A DNA stretch of 48,936 nt from Octopus bimaculoides. Taxonomy: Eukaryota. The notes under the pieces are model-generated. The model saw nothing but the letters and a program-made list of their open reading frames with translations, was not told the DNA's origin and did no database searches. The stretch lies in NCBI RefSeq assembly GCF_001194135.2, contig NC_069009.1, positions 9,849,606-9,898,541 on the forward strand, read 5' to 3'. Below are positions 45,301 through 48,936 of this stretch, one piece after another (position 1 is the first letter of the stretch; every line of letters begins with the position of its first letter). Made by a program: the position numbers and the translations under genes.

Positions 45301-47092
45301 ATAACTGAAGCATTTGAGACAGGTAGCCCCTGAAACTACTATATGCTGATGATTTTGCCCTCATTGCAGATTCCATCTCAGAGCTAGAAGAGAAATTCCA
45401 GGTGTGGAGGCAAAACCTGGAATCTAAGGGCCTTAAGGTTGACTTAGGAAAGACTAGTAAGCAAGAAAACAGACAAGACCCTACCCCGCTCGGGTAGGTG
45501 GTCCTGTTTGATTTGTAGGAAAGGTATAGGCAGGAACTCCATAAGTTGTACCAAGTGTAAGCTATGGACACACAAGAGGTGCAGTGGAACTTTAGAGAAT
45601 CAGGAAATTGACTCTGGTGGCTCATTAGAGATAGTAGATAATTTCTGCTACCTGGGGGACCAAATTAGTAGTGGGGAGAAGATACATGGAGAGTGTGATA
45701 GCTAGAATAACAATAAGATGGAGGAAATTCAGAGAGCTGTTACTTCTGATGGCTACGAAAGGTCTCTCTCTTTCTGTCTGTCTCTCTCTCTGAGTGAAGG
45801 GAAGATTGTATGATGCATGTGTATGGGCAGCAATTCTACACGGTAGTGAGAAATGGGTCCTGAACGCAGAGGACATGCAAAGGTTAGAGTGGATTGAGGC
45901 TTGTCAGCTCCACTGGACGTGTAATGTAAGTGTTCATGTTCAACAGAATCTAGTGTATTGCGAGAGAAGTTAGGCATAAGAGGAATTAGATACAATGTGC
46001 AAGAGAGAAGATTGTGCTGACAGCTCCATAAAGAAGTGCCAATCTCTCAAAGTAGATTGAACATGTGGATCGAACATGTGGGCATGTAGAGAGTGGAAGT
46101 TTTTTGTGAATTTTTAGAAAATGACCAGAAATACTTGGAAAGGAATGAAGGGACGGGCACAAATCCAGTTAATTTGAGAGGAGTGGTTTAATATCAATGA
46201 CTGACCCTCGTACTTTATCTAAACAACTTTGCTGTCTATGGAGCATTGACTATCAATGGCTTTTGTTGCCTATTCTTGACTCTGGTCTGTCTTTCCTGCT
46301 TCTCTCCTGTTGGATCCCTAATTTTTCAGCTCTGCCTCACTATTCTTCTTCCTCCTGTTTTTAGGGCATCCTCTCTTCTGCCTCCCTGTTCCAGGTCAGA
46401 TCCTGACATGTAATGCAGGATGTTGGTTTCCTTGTGGCCTTTAAGGTTTGCTGTACTGCATCACATGTTCCACTGAAGGAGGGCATTCTTCTCTCAGATA
46501 TTATCATCAATACATTTGTAACTCTACTTCTTACTGCACCTGAATTATCTTTTATATTTTACTTGTTTTAGTCATTAGACTATGGCCATGCTGGGGCATC
46601 ACCTTGAGGAACTTTAGTTGGACTACTTGACCCCAGTACTTAGTTTCTTTTTAAGCTTGTTACTTATTCTATCGGTCCCTTTTGCCAAACTGCTAAGTTA
46701 TGGGGATATAAACACACCAACACCAGATGTCAAGCAGTGGTCACATACAACAGATTTCAATCAAGTAAACCCACTCACAAGGCTTTGGTCGGCCCAAAGC
46801 TATAGTAGAAGACACTTGCTCAAGGTACCACACAATGTGAGTGAACCCAGAACCATGTGGTTGCGAAGTAAGCTTCTTACCACACAGCCAATCCTTCATC
46901 TGTTCATGAACATTTTTTTTGTTTTGATTTATAAAAATTTTTTATTTCAATCTTGTTAAAAATGTATTGTTGTGATGTTATTGTTATTACTTTCTCACTC
47001 TTCCAGAAACCAACATGTAAAGTGTCTCCAATGAACAAGCTGAGAGATGTTGATCAATTGGTCACTCCAGGTTTTACAGGCCTAGACAACTT
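6779..47092 (+). CDS. USP19: USP19-like ubiquitin carboxyl-terminal hydrolase, spliced, 9 exons visible, incomplete at both ends
   Basis: Exons 6779-6898, 21316-21449, 23563-23677, 25160-25227, 28068-28168, 36345-36416, 37764-37879, 40167-40645 and 47007-47092(gap) have AG acceptors and GT donors (last donor lost in the gap) and join in one frame (intron phases 1,0,1,0,2,2,1,0). The product has two CS (p23-like) domains, then KPTCKVSP and PGFTGLDNL, matching the architecture I recall for USP19 (KPTCMVPP...PGFTGLVNLGNTC). Confidence 0.93.
6930..7250 (-). mobile_element. Bipartite SINE (head/body module, short microsatellite spacer, tail module ending ...GAAACAAGTAAAAG)
   Basis: The same two-module order recurs at 24780-25080, 37905-38605 and 46555-46890. 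Confidence 0.75.
7540..8400 (-). mobile_element. RTE (BovB-like) LINE 3' fragment
   Basis: - strand reads [25 protein letters not shown] and [21 protein letters not shown]; related copy at 30290-30880. Confidence 0.8.
8455..8880. repeat. Diverged ~100-bp direct repeat, ~320 bp apart
   Basis: TATTAATAC...TATATCCAA(C/T)TTAA(T/C)ATGG(C/A)TGCCTTGTTA at ~8470-8530 and ~8800-8855. Confidence 0.7.
9150..10135 (-). mobile_element. RLE-type (R4/HERO-like) non-LTR retrotransposon 3' fragment
   Basis: - strand reads [54 protein letters not shown] and [12 protein letters not shown], with stops. Confidence 0.82.
10135..10200. repeat. (ATT)n microsatellite, possibly the tail of a neighbouring retroposon
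   Basis: Directly visible. Confidence 0.95.
10660..13870 (+). mobile_element. Internally deleted Tx1/L1-type LINE: decayed ORF1 with zinc knuckle, ORF2 AP-endonuclease and C-terminus, RT missing
   Basis: [14 protein letters not shown] (CX2CX4HX4C with last Cys TGC>TAC) near 11265-11310; ORF1 stop at 11967; ORF2 ATG at 11993 ([14 protein letters not shown]); endonuclease motifs [20 protein letters not shown] and TDHKFV; no RT motifs before the C-terminal region. Confidence 0.8.
13895..14050 (+). mobile_element. SINE/LINE-tail retroposon ending GGAAAGCGGACGTTAAACGATGATG
   Basis: GTTAGGAAGGGCATCCAGCTGTAGAAAC core and (GAT)n tail. Confidence 0.85.
14160..14360 (+). mobile_element. tRNA-head-type SINE (GGCGGTGAGCTGGCAGAAT...GCCTTTCATCCTTT family)
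   Basis: A-box/B-box-like head (GAGTTCAAAT) and AAGTACCAG core; many copies in the window. Confidence 0.8.
14456..15100. mobile_element. 645-bp non-autonomous TIR element (MITE) containing (CCCTAA)n repeats
   Basis: TIRs CGGTTCTATTTCAAAACGGGGGCACCAGT and ACTGGTGCCCCTGTTTTGAAATAGATCCG; internal 24-bp inverted repeat (~14632-14655 and ~14894-14917); T-runs on both flanks. Confidence 0.85.
15101..15420 (-). mobile_element. RLE-type LINE C-terminal fragment
   Basis: [15 protein letters not shown] and LGTVSEG...[17 protein letters not shown] on the - strand. Confidence 0.75.
15459..15700 (+). mobile_element. tRNA-head-type SINE (same family as 14160)
   Basis: GGCGGTGAGCTGGCAGAATTGTTAGC head; GCCTTTCATCCTTTTGGGGTTGATAAAATAAG core. 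Confidence 0.82.
15920..16250 (+). mobile_element. (GAT)n-tailed retroposon with internal ~40-bp tandem units
   Basis: Three GGCACGTAAAAAGCACC-type units, GTTAGGAAGGGCATCC core and (GAT)n tail. Confidence 0.85.
16270..17045 (-). mobile_element. Penelope-like element 3' fragment: Cys linker, GIY-YIG endonuclease and 3' region
   Basis: ORF 16540-16998: RGKPCSLC linker, LVY...[25 protein letters not shown]. Confidence 0.85.
17045..17650 (-). mobile_element. Helitron RepHel N-terminal fragment (pseudogene) with 5'-end-like sequence
   Basis: Manual translation of 17560-17045: R/E/Q-rich repeats, then [29 protein letters not shown]...LRQLF...[20 protein letters not shown], the typical zinc-finger region upstream of the Helitron Rep domain; stops and a frameshift are present. 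Confidence 0.82.
18090..18510. repeat. Direct repeat of ~120 bp; the second copy is interrupted by a SINE tail (~18378-18440)
   Basis: GGTAAG(C/G)AAAAAATTATCAACGACA...AATTTCATAG...CATTAAATTA(G/A)ATATTTTTT occurs twice. Confidence 0.75.
19080..19895. repeat. Long imperfect inverted repeat (arms ~19080-19260 and ~19770-19895)
   Basis: CAGGACAAGTTATTA...ATCTGGTAAAGTACAGAA...TTGCAGCTAAGGATAA and its reverse complement. Confidence 0.8.
19965..20018 (-). mobile_element. Helitron-like 5' terminus, second copy of 17595-17650
   Basis: - strand A^TCTATATATTAATATGCTTGTACCGTCGGTCTTTGTCA vs TCTTTATATTAATACACTTCTACCGTCGGTGTTTGTCA. Confidence 0.6.
20077..20460 (-). mobile_element. RLE-type LINE extreme 3' fragment
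   Basis: [20 protein letters not shown], resembling the RLE C-terminal LQK...GTARILRRVL motif. Confidence 0.72.
20480..21270 (-). mobile_element. RLE-type (R4/HERO-like) LINE 3' fragment
   Basis: [20 protein letters not shown] and [33 protein letters not shown]...IDISIP. Confidence 0.88.
21316..21449 (+). CDS. USP19: USP19 exon, CS domain 1 C-half ([45 protein letters not shown])
   Basis: ttccag|AT...GAG|gttggt; 134 nt, phase 1/0; ends with the L-x-x-x-K-K...W-x-x-L CS-domain motif. Confidence 0.92.
21880..22045 (+). mobile_element. SINE head/body module (GGTTCAGTCC...GGCACCTTGGGCAAGTG...AAAGACTTGTGAGTTGATTTGG)
   Basis: Family motif repeated throughout the window. Confidence 0.75.
22080..22438 (-). 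mobile_element. (GAT)n-tailed retroposon 3' region
   Basis: (CAT)n tail, GCTGGATGCCCTTCC core and AAGTAACTTGCAAGACAA shared with 980-1680. Confidence 0.78.
22439..22732. mobile_element. 294-bp fold-back element (MITE-like) with ~105-bp inverted arms
   Basis: GGGAATGGAGTAGATAAGATCCAGGCTACTTATGTTTC... and ...GAAACATAAGTAGCCTGGATTTTATCTACTCCATTCCC. Confidence 0.88.
22940..23300 (+). mobile_element. (GAT)n-tailed retroposon
   Basis: GGCACGTAAAAGCACCCACTACACTCT...GTTAGGAAGGGCATCC...GGACATTAAATGATGATG. Confidence 0.82.
23330..23460 (-). mobile_element. SINE head/body module, decayed
   Basis: Reverse complement of the 24565-24705 family. Confidence 0.6.
23563..23677 (+). CDS. USP19: USP19 exon, acidic linker between CS domains ([38 protein letters not shown])
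   Basis: ccttgcag|GCT...TCGG|gtaagt; 115 nt, phase 0/1, fits both neighbours. Confidence 0.85.
23700..24300. repeat. Compound (CA)n/(TACA)n microsatellite
   Basis: Directly visible. Confidence 0.95.
24470..24538. repeat. ATAGGATATCAGTGACACATT x3 minisatellite
   Basis: Three perfect 21-bp cores. Confidence 0.95.
24565..24705 (+). mobile_element. SINE head/body module
   Basis: GTGGTAAGAAGTTTGCTTCC...GCCAACCAAAGCCTTGTGAG...CAGAAACTGAAAGAAGCC. Confidence 0.8.
24780..25080 (-). mobile_element. Bipartite SINE (same as 6930-7250)
   Basis: Tail module 24780-24930, then head/body module 24940-25080. Confidence 0.75.
25160..25227 (+). CDS. USP19: USP19 exon, start of CS domain 2 ([23 protein letters not shown])
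   Basis: gtttcag|GC...AAG|gtgaag; 68 nt, phase 1/0; KHDWIEK resembles KNDSYEK. Confidence 0.88.
25385..27775. mobile_element. Cluster of about seven tRNA-head SINE copies (+ at ~25385, 25617, 25851, 26875, 27117, 27368; - at ~27575-27775)
   Basis: Repeated GAGTTCAAATT...CTTTGCCTTTCATCCTTT...AAAATAAGTACC motif. Confidence 0.85.
26140..26870. repeat. Three diverged copies of a ~150-220-bp unit
   Basis: GAA(G/T)(A/C)ATGTCAT..TT(T/C)GGA...TCAAGTT(T/C)ATTGA...TTTAACATCAT...AATAACCATGAAA at ~26220, ~26437 and ~26740. Confidence 0.8.
28068..28168 (+). CDS. USP19: USP19 exon, CS domain 2 ([33 protein letters not shown])
   Basis: atttcag|AAT...ACTAG|gtaatt; 101 nt, phase 0/2. Confidence 0.92.
28203..28370. 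mobile_element. 168-bp piggyBac-type MITE
   Basis: CCCTTTAGCATT and AATGCTAAAGGG TIRs; flanks TCAA and TTAA (TTAA target site, left copy mutated). Confidence 0.75.
28500..28860 (+). mobile_element. tRNA-head SINE 5' part (28500-28610) abutting a (GAT)n-tailed retroposon (28630-28860)
   Basis: Motifs of both families in series. Confidence 0.7.
29280..29580. repeat. ~40-bp minisatellite of palindromic GGTGCCAT(T/G)TA(C/A)ATGGCACC units interrupted by a retroposon tail
   Basis: About 5 units; insertion TCCAACCCATGCTAGCATGGAAAGCGGACGTTAAACGATGATG at ~29406-29455. Confidence 0.75.
30290..30880 (-). mobile_element. RTE (BovB-like) LINE 3' fragment, same family as 7540-8400
   Basis: Shared GGCCAATCAGTCCAATGCAT and AACAAGGTG(A/G)(C/T)CTGCCCACT segments. 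Confidence 0.78.
30950..31260 (+). mobile_element. (GAT)n-tailed retroposon with ~40-bp tandem units
   Basis: As 15920-16250. Confidence 0.83.
31311..34588 (+). mobile_element. Tandem array of about six non-autonomous Helitron-like units
   Basis: Units start TCTACTATATA-like (31311, 31611, 32390, 33792) and share GGATTGAGCTGAAAATTT-type cores (~31386, 31690, 32468, 33590, 33870, 34428); 3' hairpin plus CTAG at 33788-33791; CTAG at 34585-34588. Confidence 0.78.
34605..34855 (+). mobile_element. RTE LINE fragment running into gap
   Basis: [55 protein letters not shown]. Confidence 0.88.
35689..36223 (+). mobile_element. Internally deleted mariner element
   Basis: TIRs TATGAGGTTTGATCAAAA and TTTTGATTAGACCTCAT; TA on the left; C-terminal transposase remnant FEEIQETF...[13 protein letters not shown]. 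Confidence 0.82.
36345..36416 (+). CDS. USP19: USP19 exon, CS domain 2 ([23 protein letters not shown])
   Basis: tttccag|T...GTGAA|gtaagt; 72 nt, phase 2/2; resembles USP19 DGNFLRLHPGCGPHTTFRWQVK. Confidence 0.92.
36707..37523 (+). mobile_element. Non-autonomous hAT (Tip100-like) derivative with a dimerization-domain remnant
   Basis: Left end CAGTGCTGGATTAACC; ORF 37100-37399 [24 protein letters not shown]...[11 protein letters not shown] is a hAT C-terminal domain; right end ...GGTCCTG is degenerate; no clean TSD. Confidence 0.72.
37764..37879 (+). CDS. USP19: USP19 exon, end of CS domain 2 ([38 protein letters not shown])
   Basis: ttttactag|A...AAAA|gtaagt; 116 nt, phase 2/1; IEVTLSKK...KWGALE CS-domain end. 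Confidence 0.92.
37905..38605 (-). mobile_element. Bipartite SINE with (TA)n/gap spacer
   Basis: Tail module 37905-38095; head/body module 38488-38605. Confidence 0.72.
39375..39775 (-). mobile_element. Two adjacent SINEs: head/body module (39375-39535) and tRNA-head family (39555-39775)
   Basis: Reverse complements of the family motifs. Confidence 0.75.
39871..40121 (+). mobile_element. Probably Penelope-derived palindromic element with a hammerhead-like motif
   Basis: 61-bp inverted arms (39871-39931 and 40061-40121, 1 mismatch); ACAC-CTAACGA-A-GGCTG/CAGCC-GAAAC-GTT-GTGT at 40018-40061. Confidence 0.7.
40167..40645 (+). CDS. USP19: USP19 exon, long Thr/Ser/Pro-rich linker ([10 protein letters not shown]...[10 protein letters not shown]...PTLPMVNQ)
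   Basis: ttttcag|GA...CAG|gtaggt; 479 nt, open in the frame required by both neighbours, phase 1/0. Confidence 0.85.
40871..44420 (-). mobile_element. Decayed Buster-type hAT DNA transposon (ZBED5/SCAND3-like transposase, ~43795-41953)
   Basis: ORF pieces give a BED-like [44 protein letters not shown] and [10 protein letters not shown]; stops and frameshifts; left TIR CAGTTTTTTCCAAAC at 40871, preceded by TATTAGAG (NNNTANNN); right end uncertain. Confidence 0.9.
40941..41766 (+). mobile_element. Penelope-like GIY-YIG fragment nested in the hAT
   Basis: [12 protein letters not shown]...[16 protein letters not shown]...[10 protein letters not shown]; flanked by the direct repeat TCAACACAC (40932-40940, 41767-41775). 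Confidence 0.82.
44410..46090 (+). mobile_element. Decayed RTE-clade LINE (RT region), same family as 1690-3900
   Basis: [27 protein letters not shown](F), [12 protein letters not shown] and AILHGSE motifs, with stops and frameshifts. Confidence 0.88.
46555..46890 (-). mobile_element. Bipartite SINE
   Basis: Tail module 46555-46740; head/body module 46760-46890. Confidence 0.75.
47007..47092 (+). CDS. USP19: USP19 exon, VxP motif and start of catalytic USP domain ([28 protein letters not shown]...), truncated by N-gap
   Basis: cttccag|AAA; GFTGLDN is the lead-in to the USP Cys-box; the sequence runs into Ns at 47093. Confidence 0.93.
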
Positions 47093-48421
47093 NNNNNNNN
47101 NNNNNNNNNNNNNNNNNNNNNNNNNNNNNNNNNNNNNNNNNNNNNNNNNNNNNNNNNNNNNNNNNNNNNNNNNNNNNNNNNNNNNNNNNNNNNNNNNNNN
47201 NNNNNNNNNNNNNNNNNNNNNNNNNNNNNNNNNNNNNNNNNNNNNNNNNNNNNNNNNNNNNNNNNNNNNNNNNNNNNNNNNNNNNNNNNNNNNNNNNNNN
47301 NNNNNNNNNNNNNNNNNNNNNNNNNNNNNNNNNNNNNNNNNNNNNNNNNNNNNNNNNNNNNNNNNNNNNNNNNNNNNNNNNNNNNNNNNNNNNNNNNNNN
47401 NNNNNNNNNNNNNNNNNNNNNNNNNNNNNNNNNNNNNNNNNNNNNNNNNNNNNNNNNNNNNNNNNNNNNNNNNNNNNNNNNNNNNNNNNNNNNNNNNNNN
47501 NNNNNNNNNNNNNNNNNNNNNNNNNNNNNNNNNNNNNNNNNNNNNNNNNNNNNNNNNNNNNNNNNNNNNNNNNNNNNNNNNNNNNNNNNNNNNNNNNNNN
47601 NNNNNNNNNNNNNNNNNNNNNNNNNNNNNNNNNNNNNNNNNNNNNNNNNNNNNNNNNNNNNNNNNNNNNNNNNNNNNNNNNNNNNNNNNNNNNNNNNNNN
47701 NNNNNNNNNNNNNNNNNNNNNNNNNNNNNNNNNNNNNNNNNNNNNNNNNNNNNNNNNNNNNNNNNNNNNNNNNNNNNNNNNNNNNNNNNNNNNNNNNNNN
47801 NNNNNNNNNNNNNNNNNNNNNNNNNNNNNNNNNNNNNNNNNNNNNNNNNNNNNNNNNNNNNNNNNNNNNNNNNNNNNNNNNNNNNNNNNNNNNNNNNNNN
47901 NNNNNNNNNNNNNNNNNNNNNNNNNNNNNNNNNNNNNNNNNNNNNNNNNNNNNNNNNNNNNNNNNNNNNNNNNNNATAATAATAATAAATGTGAAAGCGA
48001 ATGTCGGTGTATCAGTGTGTTACACTTTTTCAACTTTACTCCTCTGACCCCCTCTCTAATTATTCAATGACACTTCTACTGTTCCTCATGCTTTACTCAT
48101 CTCTCACTATTCAATAACTACAAATAATTTAACCATAACATGTGCTCCATAATGTTTGGAACTGAAATATGTATTGAAGTCACTCTCTCATACAATATTA
48201 CCTCTCACAACTCTCTACCATAAAAATGTTGGAAACTATTTTCATGCCGTTGGCTGTCGGAGCTAAGGAAACTTAGCACACTCCAACTGCATGAAAATAG
48301 ATTTTACTAATTTTATTATTACCTTAAAAAATACTAATTCTACTCTCTAAAAAAGTTTCTTTCTTAATCCTAACATTTTGGAAAAAAATTTATCTATAAA
48401 TATTATAACTCTATCAAGTAA

Positions 48422-48740
48422 TCTATATATATATAAAGATGAGAATGTCTGTCTGTCTTGTGTCTGTGTAAATCCCTAAAACTTGAGAACTACACAACCA
48501 ATTTCATTCAAATTTTACACATGCCTTACTTAGGGTCCATGTAGTGTCATAGGCCCAAGGAATTTTTAACTTCTTACCTAGTGTGAGCCCAGAGCAATAT
48601 CATATCTCCTCCACTATTTCAGCATTATGTATCAAAAATGAAACAATAACAATCTCCCTATTGTAATGTCAGATACTTTCACTTTAATAGTTTCACTATT
48701 AATACTGAAACTATTAAAGTGAAACTATTAAAGTGAAACT
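48422..48740 (+). mobile_element. Non-autonomous Helitron-like element, 5' part
   Basis: A^TCTATATATATATAAAGATGAGAATGTCTGTCTGTC...AACTTGAGAACTACACAACCAATTTCATTCAAATTT; 3' CTAG end not found. Confidence 0.62.
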
Positions 48741-48749
48741 TTTATCTCA

Positions 48750-48813
48750 CATATACACAGGCATACATACATATATACATACATATATAGTTATATATAT
48801 ATTATGTAAGTAT

Positions 48814-48887
<74 letters not shown>

Positions 48888-48936
48888 GTATGTATACATC
48901 TGCACAAATGTATATATATAGATGTATATATATATA
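48750..48936. repeat. (TA)/(CA)/(TATG) microsatellite
   Basis: Directly visible. Confidence 0.95.

Overview
AT-rich, repeat-dense animal genomic DNA with assembly gaps. The SINE/LINE repertoire looks like a coleoid cephalopod, probably Octopus (inference). One host gene runs through the window on the + strand: nine phase-consistent GT-AG exons (6779-47092) encode a USP19-like deubiquitinase with CS domain 1, CS domain 2, a low-complexity linker, a VxP SIAH-type motif and the start of the USP Cys-box, which ends in an N-gap. Its first exon(s) were not found. The introns hold decayed transposons: RTE LINEs (one family with a PHD-like finger inside the RT region), RLE-type and Tx1/L1-type LINE fragments, two Penelope-like GIY-YIG fragments, Helitron pieces, Buster and Tip100-like hAT elements, a mariner derivative, MITEs and several SINE families. 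The most interesting observations are: (1) a ~379-bp tandem dimer carrying a near-canonical minimal hammerhead ribozyme (retrozyme-like), plus two other hammerhead-like palindromic elements, all sense to USP19; (2) a Helitron N-terminal fragment joined directly to a Penelope GIY-YIG fragment; (3) a head-to-tail non-autonomous Helitron array with a CTAG|TC junction; (4) a rearranged RTE copy with a perfect 22-bp fold-back at its inversion junction. All calls come from manual reading and translation. No searches were run, and TE boundaries are approximate.
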